Of a stretch of DNA of 44,080 nucleotides, positions 13,314 through 23,690 are shown one piece after another. The DNA is taken from IMG/VR virus record IMGVR_UViG_2609460218_000014, positions 1 through 44,080 of that record. One strand, written 5' to 3'. Positions within the stretch are counted from its first letter, which is position 1. The number at the start of each line of letters is the position of its first letter. A program made the position numbers and the translations under genes. The notes beneath the pieces are model-generated. The model did not search any database. It saw only the letters and a list, made by a program, of their open reading frames with translations, and was not told where the DNA came from. The stretch is from a virus (Duplodnaviria; Heunggongvirae; Uroviricota; Caudoviricetes).

Positions 13314-13988
13314 TTAAATCCAGCCGCGTTCGGCAAAAGAAACATACTCTCCACGCCCAATCACGATATGGTCGAGCACGCGTAAATCCATGAACTGACA
13401 ACTCTTTATTATCCGTTCAGTAATGAGTTTATCCGCTTTACTGGGTTCAGCACAACCCGAAGGATGATTATGTGCAAGGATCAGCGCCGAGGCGTTTATT
13501 TTTATCGCTTCGCGGATAATTTCCCGAGGATGGACTTCAACATGGTTTAGCGTGCCGGAAAAAAGACGGCTATGCGTTATAACCCGGTGTTGGGAGTCGA
13601 GAAAGATCACCATAAAGATCTCCCGCTCCTCACCCGTGAGCTGGCTTTGTAAAAATTCCCGCGTCATCTCCGGGCTGAGTAAAGGGCTTTCTTCACGCAT
13701 CCGCACGTTGTAGTAACGTCGCGCCAGTTCAGCAATCCCCTTTAACTGGGCAAATTTCGCTACGCCAATTCCATGAACACCACTAAATTGTTCATATTCA
13801 GAGGTTAACAAGCCATAAAGAGAGCCGAAATTCTCCAGCATCTCTTTTGCCAGGGTTAATACATCTTTACCGCGCGTTCCGGTACGCAGAAATAGCGCCA
13901 GCAGCTCGACATCCGTTAAGGCGCTAATACCAAACTTCAGCATTTTTTCGCGCGGCATCAACAGCTGTGCATTGTTTTTCACCTTCAC
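13314..13988 (-). CDS. yicR: UPF0758/RadC-family JAB-domain protein
   Basis: 224 aa with the JAMM motif ...[11 protein letters not shown]...; conserved position upstream of rpmB. Confidence 0.85.
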
Positions 13989-14153
13989 CTCCTTTGTGGT
14001 GCTCGCATCCTGTCATAGTCGTTCCGTTAAATCGACGGCCAGTTTTCAATCCTGGAAAGAGCCTCGCAAAGTGAATCTCAGGTGAAGGCACGACAACAAA
14101 AGTATTGTGATAAAATCGCCAACTTCTGGTGTCACCCAACAGGAAAAATCATC

Positions 14154-15374
14154 ATGAGCCTGGCCGGTAAAAAAATCGTTCTCGGCGTTAGCGGCGGTAT
14201 TGCTGCCTATAAAACCCCTGAACTGGTGCGTCGTTTGCGCGATCGCGGGGCCGACGTCCGCGTAGCCATGACCGAAGCGGCAAAAGCCTTTATCACCCCA
14301 CTTAGCTTGCAGGCGGTTTCTGGTTATCCCGTTTCCGACAGTCTGCTGGACCCGGCAGCCGAAGCCGCTATGGGCCATATTGAGCTGGGTAAATGGCTGA
14401 TTTAGTGATTCTCGCCCCTGCCACGGCAGATTTGATTGCCCGTGTTGCTGCCGGAATGGCGAATGACCTGGTATCGACGATTTGTCTGGCTACACCTGCG
14501 CCTGTAGCCGTGCTCCCCGCCATGAACCAGCAGATGTACCGTGCCGCTGCCACGCAGCATAATTTAGAGGTGCTTGCTTCCCGTGGTTTGCTGATCTGGG
14601 GGCCAGACAGTGGCAGTCAGGCTTGTGGTGATATCGGCCCAGGGCGAATGCTCGATCCATTAACCATTGTGGATATGGCGGTAGCGCATTTTTCGCCCGT
14701 CAACGACCTGAAACATCTGAACATTATGATTACCGCCGGCCCGACGCGTGAACCGCTCGATCCGGTGCGTTATATCTCTAATCACAGCTCCGGCAAGATG
14801 GGTTTTGCTATCGCCGCCGCCGCTGCCCGTCGTGGCGCGAACGTCACGCTGGTATCAGGTCCGGTTTCACTACCGACGCCACCGTTTGTTAAACGTGTTG
14901 ATGTGATGACCGCGCTGGAAATGGAAGCCGCCGTGAATGCTTCTGTACAGCAGCAAAATANTTTTTATCGGTTGCGCCGCCGTGGCGGATTATCGCGCAG
15001 CTACCGTGGCCCCAGAAAAAATCAAAAAGCAGGCCACGCAGGGTGATGAATTAACAATAAAAATGGTTAAAAACCCCGATATCGTCGCAGGCGTTGCCGC
15101 ACTAAAAGACCATCGACCCTACGTCGTTGGATTTGCCGCCGAAACAAATAATGTGGAAGAATACGCCCGGCAAAAACGTATCCGTAAAAACCTTGATCTG
15201 ATCTGCGCGAACGATGTTTCCCAGCCAACTCAAGGATTTAACAGCGACAACAACGCATTACACCTTTTCTGGCAGGACGGAGATAAAGTCTTACCGCTTG
15301 AGCGCAAAGAGCTCCTTGGCCAATTATTACTCGACGAGATCGTGACCCGTTATGATGAAAAAAATCGACGTTAA
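14154..15374 (+). CDS. coaBC: Bifunctional phosphopantothenoylcysteine decarboxylase/synthetase; broken into three track ORFs by apparent single-base frameshifts
   Basis: Track ORFs 14082..14405, 14393..15046 and 14937..15374 together read as contiguous CoaBC; restoring one G in a GGG run near 14395 and correcting a T-run with an N near 14961 gives one ORF. The gene is essential, so these are sequence errors. Confidence 0.85.
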
Positions 15375-15810
15375 GATTCTGGACCCGCGCGTTGGGAAGG
15401 AATTTCCGCTCCCGACTTATGCCACCTCTGGCTCTGCCGGACTTGACCTGCGTGCCTGTCTCGACGACGCCGTAGAACTGGCTCCGGGTGACACTACGCT
15501 GGTTCCGACCGGGCTGGCGATTCATATTGCCGATCCTTCACTGGCGGCAATGATGCTGCCGCGCTCCGGATTGGGACATAAGCACGGTATCGTGCTTGGT
15601 AACCTGGTAGGATTGATCGATTCTGACTATCAGGGCCAGTTGATGATTTCCGTTTGGAACCGTGGTCAGGACAGCTTCACCATTCAACCTGGCGAACGCA
15701 TCGCCCAGATGATTTTTGTTCCGGTAGTACAGGCTGAATTTAATCTGGTGGAAGATTTCGACGCCACCGACCGCGGTGAAGGCGGCTTTGGTCACTCTGG
15801 TCGTCAGTAA
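15352..15810 (+). CDS. dut: dUTP diphosphatase
   Basis: 152 aa, [39 protein letters not shown]..., canonical Dut. Confidence 0.95.
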
Positions 15811-15916
15811 CACATACGCATCCGAATAACGTCATAACATAGCCGCAAACATTTCGTTTGCGGTCATAGCGTGGGTGCCGCCTGGCAAGTGCTTATTTTC
15901 AGGGGTATTTTGTAAC

Positions 15917-16513
15917 ATGGCAGAAAAACAAACTGCGAAAAGGAACCGTCGCGAGGAAATACTTCAGTCTCTGGCGCTGATGCTGGAATCCAGCGATGGA
16001 AGNCAACGTATCACGACGGCAAAACTGGCCGCCTCTGTCGGCGTTTCCGAAGCGGCACTGTATCGCCACTTCCCCAGTAAGACCCGCATGTTCGATAGCC
16101 TGATTGAGTTTATCGAAGATAGCCTGATTACTCGCATCAACCTGATTCTGAAAGATGAGAAAGACACCACAGCGCGCCTGCGTCTGATTGTGTTGCTGCT
16201 TCTCGGTTTTGGTGAGCGTAATCCTGGCCTGACCCGCATCCTCACTGGTCATGCGCTGATGTTTGAACAGGATCGCCTGCAAGGGCGTATCAACCAGCTG
16301 TTCGAGCGTATTGAAGCGCAGCTGCGTCAGGTATTGCGTGAAAAGAGAATGCGTGAGGGTGAAGGTTACACCACCGATGAAACCCTGCTGGCAAGCCAGA
16401 TCCTGGCCTTCTGTGAAGGTATGCTGTCACGTTTTGTCCGCAGCGAATTTAAATACCGCCCGACGGATGATTTTGACGCCCGCTGGCCGCTAATTGCCGC
16501 GCAGTTGCAGTAA
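15917..16513 (+). CDS. slmA: Nucleoid occlusion factor SlmA (TetR family)
   Basis: In-frame ATG within track ORF 15875..16513; [24 protein letters not shown]... with HTH and TetR-like C-terminal domain. Confidence 0.9.
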
Positions 16514-16518
16514 TATGA

Positions 16519-16542
16519 CGCCGGATGACTTTTCATCCGGCG
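16519..16542. terminator. Bidirectional hairpin terminator between convergent slmA and pyrE
   Basis: Perfect inverted repeat ccggatga-cttt-tcatccgg with flanking G/C pair, between the two stop codons. Confidence 0.6.
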
Positions 16543-16549
16543 AGTTTCT

Positions 16550-17191
16550 TTAAACGCCAAACTCTTCGCGATAGGCCTTAACCGCCGCCAGATGTTCCGC
16601 CATTTCCGGCTTCTCTTCCAGATAGGCAATCAGATCTTTCAGGGTGATGATAGAGATCACTTTGCAGTTGTAATCACGCTCAACTTCCTGAATCGCCGAA
16701 ATCTCGCCGCGCCCCCGTTCCTGACGATCAAGCGAAATCAATACGCCAGCAAGCGTCGCGCCATTAGCCTGAATAATCTCCATCGATTCGCGAATCGCCG
16801 TTCCGGCGGTGATCACATCATCTACCAGCATTACGCGTCCTTGTAACGCGCTACCAACCAGATTGCCGCCTTCACCGTGGTCTTTTGCCTCTTTGCGGTT
16901 AAAGCAGTACGGCAGGTCAAGGTCATGATGCTCCGCCAGCGCCACGGCGGTAGTGGTCGCAATCGGGATCCCTTTGTAAGCAGGGCCAAACAGCAGATCG
17001 AACTCAATGCCAGAATCCACCAATGCTTCAGCGTAAAAACGGCCTAACAGTGCCAGGTCGCGCCCGGTATTAAACAGCCCGGCGTTGAAGAAATANGGGC
17101 TTTTGCGCCCGGATTTCAGCGTAAACTCGCCAAACTTTAACACCTGCTTGCTAAGCGCAAATTCAATAAACTGGCGCTGATATGGTTTCAT
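16550..17191 (-). CDS. pyrE: Orotate phosphoribosyltransferase
   Basis: Track ORF 16550..17206; real start at [31 protein letters not shown]...; PRPP-binding motif [14 protein letters not shown]. Confidence 0.95.
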
Positions 17192-17222
17192 GCCTTCGCT
17201 CCTCATCTTACTTTTCTACAGA

Positions 17223-17250
17223 CNAAAAAAAAGGCGACTCATCAGTCGCC
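17223..17250 (-). terminator. pyrE attenuator / rph-pyrE intercistronic intrinsic terminator
   Basis: Hairpin ggcgact-catc-agtcgcc followed, in the minus-strand sense, by a run of 9 T's (contains an N); lies between rph stop and pyrE start. Confidence 0.7.
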
Positions 17251-17257
17251 TTAAAAA

Positions 17258-17974
17258 TCAGTTTGCCAGCGCCGCCTTCTGCGTCGCTACAATGGATTCG
17301 ATTCCCCCTCGGGCCAGCGCCAACAAGGTGAGTAGCTCTTCATGGGTGAACGGCTCGCCTTCTGCCGTCCCCTGCACTTCAATGATGCGCCCGTCTTCGG
17401 TCATCACTACGTTCATGTCGGTCTCTGCGGCTGAGTCTTCAACGTATTCCAGATCGCAAATTGCTTCACCGTTTACAATACCGACAGAAACTGCGGCTAC
17501 CATCCCTTTCATCNGGTTGGTTTTCAGCTTGCCGTTTTCCACCAGCTTCTGTAGCGCATCTGCCAGCGCCACGCAGGCACCCGTAATCGACGCGGTACGC
17601 GTGCCACCATCAGCCTGAAGCACGTCGCAGTCCAGCGTAATGGTGAACTCACCCAGCGCTTTCAAATCTACTGCCGCGCGAAGAGCACGGGCGATCAGAC
17701 GCTGGATTTCCATTGTGCGTCCACCCTGCTTACCTTTCGCCGCTTCACGAGCGTTACGGGTGTGGGTAGAACGTGGCAGCATGCCGTACTCTGCGGTGAT
17801 CCAGCCCTGGCCCTGACCTTTCAGGAAGCGCGGCACGCCTTCTTCAATAGAGGCGGTACACAACACTTTGGTATCGCCAAATTCGACCAGCACCGAGCCT
17901 TCTGCATGTTTTGTATAGTTACGAGTCAGGGTAACGGGACGCACCTGATTATTGCTACGGCCTGCTGGACGCAT
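17258..17974 (-). CDS. rph: Ribonuclease PH, apparently full length
   Basis: Track ORF 17258..17998; [39 protein letters not shown]... intact to the C-terminus, unlike the K-12 rph-1 frameshift allele. Confidence 0.9.
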   Translation of the reverse strand: MRPAGRSNNQVRPVTLTRNYTKHAEGSVLVEFGDTKVLCTASIEEGVPRFLKGQGQGWITAEYGMLPRSTHTRNAREAAKGKQGGRTMEIQRLIARALRAAVDLKALGEFTITLDCDVLQADGGTRTASITGACVALADALQKLVENGKLKTNXMKGMVAAVSVGIVNGEAICDLEYVEDSAAETDMNVVMTEDGRIIEVQGTAEGEPFTHEELLTLLALARGGIESIVATQKAALAN

Positions 17975-18100
17975 ATTGAAATCTCCGGCTTGAAACAAAT
18001 GTGGCTGCGCATTATACGGACTTCCGGCGGTTATTCCTATCCTGACAAGGCATCGATGGCTATAATCCTTCCACCTCTCCTTTTATAAACAGGAACGTCT

Positions 18101-18964
18101 ATGATCCGCAGTATGACCGCCTACGCCCGGCGTGAAATCAAGGGTGAATGGGGGAGCGCAACCTGGGAAATGCGCTCGGTAAACCAGCGTTATCTGGAAA
18201 CTTACTTTCGTCTGCCGGAGCAGTTCCGTAGCCTTGAACCTGTCGTTCGCGAGCGTATTCGTTCTCGCCTGACGCGCGGTAAAGTGGAATGTANCCTGCG
18301 CTATGAGCCAGATGTTAGCGCACAAGGTGAGCTGATCCTCAATGAAAAACTGGCTAAACAGCTGGTAACTGCCGCGAACTGGGTAAAAATGCAGAGTGAC
18401 GAAGGGGAAATCAACCCGGTTGATATTCTGCGCTGGCCGGGCGTGATGGCAGNCCAGGAGCAGGATCTCGACGCCATTGCCGCTGAAATTCTCGCGGCGC
18501 TGGATGGTACGCTGGACGACTTTATTGTCGCGCGCGAAACCGAAGGTCAGGCACTGAAAGCATTGATCGAGCAGCGTCTGGAAGGCGTCACCGCCGAAGT
18601 GGTCAAAGTCCGCGCCCATATGCCGGAAATCCTGCAATGGCAGCGTGAGCGTCTGGTCGCGAAGCTGGAAGATGCTCAGGTTCAGTTGGAAAACAACCGT
18701 CTGGAGCAGGAGTTGGTTCTGCTGGCACAACGAATTGACGTTGCCGAAGAACTGGACCGCCTGGAAGCGCATGTCAAAGAGACCTACAACATTCTGAAGA
18801 AAAAAGAAGCCGTTGGTCGTCGTCTGGACTTTATGATGCAGGAATTCAACCGCGAGTCGAACACTCTTGCGTCGAAATCTATCAATGCCGAAGTGACAAA
18901 CTCCGCCATCGAGCTGAAAGTGTTGATTGAGCAGATGCGCGAGCAGATTCAGAACATTGAGTAG
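18101..18964 (+). CDS. yicC: YicC-family stress-induced protein
   Basis: 287 aa, MIRSMTAYARREIKGEWGSATWEMRSVNQRYLE...; conserved neighbour of rph. Confidence 0.9.
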   Translation: MIRSMTAYARREIKGEWGSATWEMRSVNQRYLETYFRLPEQFRSLEPVVRERIRSRLTRGKVECXLRYEPDVSAQGELILNEKLAKQLVTAANWVKMQSDEGEINPVDILRWPGVMAXQEQDLDAIAAEILAALDGTLDDFIVARETEGQALKALIEQRLEGVTAEVVKVRAHMPEILQWQRERLVAKLEDAQVQLENNRLEQELVLLAQRIDVAEELDRLEAHVKETYNILKKKEAVGRRLDFMMQEFNRESNTLASKSINAEVTNSAIELKVLIEQMREQIQNIE

Positions 18965-19004
18965 CGTATCACCTCATATCATTCAGAATCACCAACCAGA
19001 AGAA

Positions 19005-19028
19005 GCCCGCTAATCACGGGCTTTTTTC
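19005..19028 (+). terminator. Intrinsic terminator of yicC
   Basis: Hairpin gcccg-ctaatca-cgggc followed by tttttt. Confidence 0.7.
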
Positions 19029-19140
19029 ATATCACAAAGTTGCAGTTAGCATCATAAAAGCGCATATTTCTCGTGTACCCAATAGTGTCCCTATGAGGCA
19101 GAGGCATTAAGTAGATAGGGTACGCAACCAATGAGGTGAT

Positions 19141-20396
19141 ATGGGCAAGCTAACAGACATTCAGATCAAGGCCTGGATAAAGGCCGGAACAAGGTTCGAG
19201 GGTAAATCGGACGGTAACGGTTTATATTTGCGCTATCGCACTACTGACACGTCCCCATCATGGCGTTTCCGCTACCGCTTCGCTGGCAAGCCTCGTGTTA
19301 TGACAATTGGCGCGTATGGCGTTATCTCACTGGCTAAAGCCGGGAGATCACCCGAGAGCTGGCTGCTCGTGTTTCTCTGGGGTATGACGTTGCCGGTGAG
19401 AAGCAGGAGCGAAAAGCCGCATTAAAAGCCCAGTTGGAAGCCGACCAGCATGACAAAACAGTGTCCGAAGTAGCTGAAGACTATTTTAAGAAGAAAGTAC
19501 TGGGTACATGGAAACACCCCGACATCCTCCGCCGTCGTCTGGCGAAAGACATTAATCCTCGCATAGGTCAGAAAAAGGTTAAGGACGTCAAACCCCGAGA
19601 TATTGATGCCTTGCTTCAGGCCATCTTAAAACGTGGTGCGCCATCTATTGCTAATGACGTCTTGCGCTGGATACGTCGTATCTTTGACCATGCGATCAAG
19701 CTGGGGATGATTGAGGTTAACCCCGCTGCTGCCTTTGATATGAGTGACGCGGGCGGTAAGGAAACATCTCGTGAACGTTGGTTAACCAGGCAGGAACTGG
19801 TTCAATTCTTTGAAGCCATGCGAATGGCAAAAGGCTTTAGTCGTGAGAACGAGTTAACTCTAAAGCTGCTGCTGGTCACTTGCGTGAGAAAGATGGAACT
19901 GTGCGCCGCACGCTGGAGCGAGTTCGATTTAGCCAACGGCATTTGGTACTTACCGGGCGAACGCACAAAGACAGGCGACGGGATTGATATTCCACTGCCA
20001 AAACAGGCTATCGAATGGTTGGAGGAGCTGCGCCTTCTCTCTTGTAACAGCAAATGGGTATTACCTGCGCGAAAACAACAGCATCGCATGATCCCCCATA
20101 TTCAGGAAAGCACCCTACCCGTTGCGCTGGCGAAGGTTAAGCATGAGATGCCTGGTGTACCGAACTTCACTATTCACGACCTTAGGCGCACCGCACGCAC
20201 CCATCTCGAAGCGTTAGGTGTGAATCCCATTGTTGCTGAGCGTTGCCTTAATCACCGCATCAAAGGCGTCGAGGGCATCTACAACCGTCACCAATATTTA
20301 AACGAACGGCGGGAAGCGCTGGCCATGCTGGGCAACCTGATGGAAGCCTTAGAGCGTGGCGAGGAATACAACGTTCAACCATTGAGGAAAGCATGA
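19141..20396 (+). CDS. Tyrosine integrase, P4 family (arm-binding N-domain plus catalytic domain); frameshifted in this sequence
   Basis: Track ORFs 19141..19425 and 19434..20396; N-terminus KLTDIQIKAW...GNGLYLRYRTT...WRFRYRFAGK and C-terminal HDLRRTARTHL...YNRHQYLNERR are typical. One missing C in a CCC run near 19337 would restore ISLAKAREITRELAARVSLGYDVAGEKQERKAA and a single ~418-aa ORF. Confidence 0.85.
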
Positions 20397-20433
20397 TGAT
20401 TCAGTGGATAGGTTTTCAATATTGTTTTTTTGC

Positions 20434-20546
20434 CTGTCCCACGCGTCCCATCTGTCCCGTTTTGTAAAGATAAAATAAATTCAATCAGTTACGAACACTA
20501 ACATGGGACAAAACACGGGACAGGACGGGACAAATTTTTCTGTCCC
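20434..20546. repeat. Array of about 7 GGGACA/TGTCCC hexamer repeats in both orientations (putative protein-binding sites)
   Basis: Three TGTCCC-type copies at about 10-bp spacing (20434-20459), an AT-rich spacer, then three GGGACA copies at 10-12 bp spacing and an inverted pair gggacaaatttttctgtccc (20527..20546); lies between int and orf179. Confidence 0.6.
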
Positions 20547-20586
20547 GTCCTCAAATTGAATAAACAATAACCGATAAGGGCAATAA

Positions 20587-21126
20587 ATGAATGATAACAA
20601 CAGTGTCCCAACGATTACGCTTCATGACCCTAAGCCGTGGTATGAGGTAGACCCATTGGTAATAAATGCTATGGAACTGACCGGCGCATCATATGAAGAA
20701 CTTAACGCCGGGGTATCTCTGTGCGTTGACGTTTGGGACGCCGATAGTCCAAATACTTTCCTTATAAATTGCAGGATCAAATGGGTTAAATACACATATG
20801 ACCTCACAGGTTTCGCCATTGCTCGTTATTTTTGGACTAACCCTGAGAAAGACACCCTGCTAAGTGAGGTAGTTACTACTGAATATCAGCGTAGGAGAGA
20901 ATCTCTTGAGCTGGAGATAAAAAAGGAGCGGGAAAAGAACGCCGGTTACGGGAAAACAAACCCGAAAAAAGATGAGATTATTGAAGAGTTTAAATTGTGG
21001 AAAGAAAAATACCCACAAGGCAGTTGTAAACAATTTCATCAACAGCTAACACGGCAAACAAAAAGAGGGGAAAAAGTCCCTTCAGTTAGAAGCATACAAG
21101 ACTGGACGAAAATACTGCGCAATTAA
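20587..21126 (+). CDS. Hypothetical protein (179 aa), island-encoded, no family recognised
   Basis: ORF with a good SD (aaggg 8 nt upstream of ATG); acidic N-half, lysine-rich charged C-half (EIKKEREKNAGYGKTNPKKDEIIEEFKLWKEKYPQ); located between int and alpA. Confidence 0.55.
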   Translation: MNDNNSVPTITLHDPKPWYEVDPLVINAMELTGASYEELNAGVSLCVDVWDADSPNTFLINCRIKWVKYTYDLTGFAIARYFWTNPEKDTLLSEVVTTEYQRRRESLELEIKKEREKNAGYGKTNPKKDEIIEEFKLWKEKYPQGSCKQFHQQLTRQTKRGEKVPSVRSIQDWTKILRN

Positions 21127-21197
21127 AAACAACTGCGCAATTAGCTCGGTATCCTCTCAGTACGTCGCAAATAGACGCGTTCACAGAGGAATTAAAT

Positions 21198-21392
21198 ATG
21201 AAAAATGATTTTCCCTTATCTGGCTACGTTCGCCCTTCTCGGGTGAGCGAATTCCTAGATATAAGCCCGGCCACAATGTGGCGCTGGGCAGCAAAGAGTG
21301 AGTTTCCAAAAAGCCGTAAGCTGAGTTCCCGCGTAACAGTTTTTGATGCCGCAGAAATCAGACGTTGGCTGGCGGCGAAAAGTGCAGATTAA
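21198..21392 (+). CDS. alpA: AlpA-family transcriptional regulator / excisionase-like winged-helix protein
   Basis: 64 aa; VRPSRVSEFLDISPATMWRWAAKSEFPKSRKLSSRVTVFDAAEIRRWL matches the AlpA signature; SD gagga upstream. Confidence 0.85.
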   Translation: MKNDFPLSGYVRPSRVSEFLDISPATMWRWAAKSEFPKSRKLSSRVTVFDAAEIRRWLAAKSAD

Positions 21393-21407
21393 TGGAGGTG
21401 GTGAGTT

Positions 21408-21884
21408 ATGAGCTTAATCGCTGAGATTCAAACGGCAGCATCNGGTAAGTGGCCTGCCGTGTTACGTGCTTTAGGCGTCGACGTGCCTGAAAAGCAGGCG
21501 CACATCCCTTGTCCCGTATGTGGCGGCAAAGACCGGTTTCACTTTAAACACGACGATGTAGGTTCGAGTTACTGCCGGGGGTGTAATAAGTGGCGCGACG
21601 GATTACAGCTAGCTCGAGATTGTGGGGCCTCTGTTTCTCAGATCGCCAATGCCGCTGGAATAAACACAACGCGCCACGCGCCGCTAGGCAGGCGAAAGGT
21701 CAGCTTGCCACCACACACAACTGCGTTACTGGCTGGGAAGCAGAAATTAAGGGAGCAGGGTGCAGAATGGATAAAAGTGTGGCTGGACTGTCAGGAGGCA
21801 GCAATTTTATGGCACGAATATGAAAAAAACGGCAGCCCCTTTGAGGAGAGCCGCCGTCTTTATGGACTACATAGACAACTTTAA
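21408..21884 (+). CDS. Primase-type zinc-ribbon protein (Cys-X2-Cys-X17-Cys-X2-Cys), no catalytic primase domain evident
   Basis: 158 aa; CPVCGGKDRFHFKHDDVGSSYCRGC as in primase-helicase zinc-binding domains; strong SD ggaggtg; start overlaps alpA stop. Confidence 0.7.
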   Translation: MSLIAEIQTAAXGKWPAVLRALGVDVPEKQAHIPCPVCGGKDRFHFKHDDVGSSYCRGCNKWRDGLQLARDCGASVSQIANAAGINTTRHAPLGRRKVSLPPHTTALLAGKQKLREQGAEWIKVWLDCQEAAILWHEYEKNGSPFEESRRLYGLHRQL

Positions 21885-21892
21885 TTCTTTGC

Positions 21893-21916
21893 GCTTCCCG
21901 GTTGCCCCCGGGAAGC
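21893..21916 (+). other. Perfect 9-bp stem hairpin between the zinc-ribbon gene and the helicase gene
   Basis: gcttcccgg-ttgccc-ccgggaagc with no following T-run; in the 56-bp gap between the two genes. Confidence 0.4.
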
Positions 21917-21940
21917 AAAACAACAAGGGACATAATCACC

Positions 21941-23377
21941 ATGTCAGAGAATACTGTAACTCACCTACCTCTCAAGTCAACCATGAAAGAACCGGTGTCC
22001 GGTGCGCCAGCACAGGCGGCTAAGTATGATTCTATGCCGCTGGCAAAGATGCAACCCGGCGAACGCATCGCCGCGTTTGTTGCAAAGACTGGCCGTTATT
22101 CACTTCATCGGGCAAGTGATACCTTGTACCGTTTTGATGGTGCTATCTGGCGGGCAATCAGCGATTCAGCTGTGAAAAGTGATTTAGCAGACTTCTACAT
22201 GACCCGCGGCTTTCAACCCGGTGCCAGTGTCTTTGAAAGCGACGCGCGAGCGCTGAAGATATATTCATCGACCAAACAATCTCCAGAGATGGCGGAACCA
22301 AAAGCCGGGGTAATCGCCTTTGCCAACGGCGTTTACTCAATCATAGACGGTTCATTTTCCAGCCATTGTGCGGAAAACTGGTTGCGCTCACATAACGGCA
22401 TAGACTATGCAGCAGCACTCCCCGGAGAGACACTGAGCGGCAGTGCCCCACATTTTAGCAAGTGGCTAGCGCACAATGCCGGTAATGATGAAGCGAAGGC
22501 CAAGCGGATACTGGCGGCTCTGTATATGGTTCTGACTCATCGCTACGAATGGCAGCTATACGTTGAGGTAACTGGCAAAGGTGGTAGCGGTAAGAGTGTA
22601 TTTATGTCTCTGTGCAGATTGCTATCAGGGGAAGACGGCTCAAAGGCTACAACCTTACACGCGCTGCGCGACTCAATGGCTCTAGAAACATTGATTGATG
22701 CCAGGCTCATTACCATGAGTGATCAGCCCGCATATAGCGGCGATTGTGCGAATTTAAAAGCCATTACCGGCGGTGACTCCATTTTCATCAATCCCAAGTA
22801 CAAGAAGGGGTTCGATGCGAAAATTAACGCCGTTGTAGTCGTGGCTAACAACGAACCTGCTGTATTTACTGAGCATAACGGGGGCATATCCCGCCGCCGG
22901 GTACTGTTTAAGTTTGGTGAACCGGTAGAAAGACCTGACCCTGAGTTTATGGCGAAGATAAAAACTGAATTGCCGGTAATCGTGCGTCACTTGCTCAAGG
23001 AATTGGATGATACTACCGCAAAAAGTCTGCTCATCCAGCAACGAGACTCAGAGGAATCGTTTGACGCTAAAGCGGAGGCCAGTAGCATTTACTCCTTCGT
23101 TAAACACCTGGACCCACTGCCAGCGCCTACAGGTATGCGCATGGGTGGCAAGGCATCATCCTCAAACGCGGAGCGGCCCAGAGAGTTCCTTTACCATGCG
23201 TATTTGGCATTTATGCAATACAACGGGTTCCAGAATCCACTTTCGGTTCTGAAATTCAGGCAAGCTGTTATTGCGATAATGAAAGAGCGCGGGCACGAGT
23301 TCGCGGATAAAAGGGACTCCGTTGGTCTCCGCTACAACGTGGAGTTGGCCGAATCAGCCAGCGAATGGCTTCCGTAA
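21941..23377 (+). CDS. SF3 (D5/P4-type) replicative helicase / NTPase, the C-terminal domain family of phage-plasmid primases
   Basis: Track ORF 21902..23377; likely start MSENTVTHLPL; Walker A VTGKGGSGKSVF, Walker B-like LITMSD, sensor-like VVVVANNEP; directly upstream of the iteron region. Confidence 0.8.
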   Translation: MSENTVTHLPLKSTMKEPVSGAPAQAAKYDSMPLAKMQPGERIAAFVAKTGRYSLHRASDTLYRFDGAIWRAISDSAVKSDLADFYMTRGFQPGASVFESDARALKIYSSTKQSPEMAEPKAGVIAFANGVYSIIDGSFSSHCAENWLRSHNGIDYAAALPGETLSGSAPHFSKWLAHNAGNDEAKAKRILAALYMVLTHRYEWQLYVEVTGKGGSGKSVFMSLCRLLSGEDGSKATTLHALRDSMALETLIDARLITMSDQPAYSGDCANLKAITGGDSIFINPKYKKGFDAKINAVVVVANNEPAVFTEHNGGISRRRVLFKFGEPVERPDPEFMAKIKTELPVIVRHLLKELDDTTAKSLLIQQRDSEESFDAKAEASSIYSFVKHLDPLPAPTGMRMGGKASSSNAERPREFLYHAYLAFMQYNGFQNPLSVLKFRQAVIAIMKERGHEFADKRDSVGLRYNVELAESASEWLP

Positions 23378-23397
23378 CATACTTTCAACATTAAAAG

Positions 23398-23425
23398 CTG
23401 GGGCGCATGATTGCGCCCTTTTTTA
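23398..23425 (+). terminator. Intrinsic terminator after the helicase gene
   Basis: gggcgca-tgat-tgcgccc followed by tttttt. Confidence 0.7.
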
Positions 23426-23466
23426 ATTCCATCGATAGATCAGAATATTTAGNTTTTTTTATGAAA

Positions 23467-23690
23467 GTCCTACATGTCTTACACCAAATGAAATTAAATT
23501 ATATATAACAATAAATTAGATAATGTAGGACCTTAAAAATATCCTACACAGGTCCTACATAACTCCTGCACTCGAAGCCTCGTAGTGTAGGGTTTAAGGA
23601 AGCCCCTCGCCAGTCCTACACAAGTCCTGCACTTTCTAACAAATTGTTTTAAATGATTTTTTTAATGGAGAATGTAGGAGTGTAGGACAT
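23467..23690. repeat. Iteron cluster (about 8 copies of GTCCTACA / TGTAGGAC in both orientations) next to an AT-rich stretch: putative island replication origin
   Basis: Copies at about 23467, 23523, 23543, 23552, 23585, 23613, 23672, 23681; preceded by an AT-rich segment (23440-23520); no ORF of 60 aa or more on either strand between 23378 and 24087. Confidence 0.6.

Noticed and set aside
19141-20396. Integrase as a true pseudogene (inactive, domesticated island)
   Set aside because: The single-base deletion sits in a CCC homopolymer, and equivalent artefacts occur in essential genes of the same sequence; more likely a sequencing error, though not excluded.
23560-23640. cos site of P2/P4 or lambda type within the island
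   Set aside because: Searched by eye for GGCGAGGCGGGGAAAGCAC-like and GGGCGGCGACCT-like sequences; only a 9-bp partial match (ggaagcccctcgcc region), not convincing.
23467-23690. Possible CRISPR array (short repeated motif cluster)
   Set aside because: Repeats are only 8-9 bp, occur in both orientations with irregular spacing, and there is no spacer-repeat periodicity or nearby cas gene; iterons are the better explanation.
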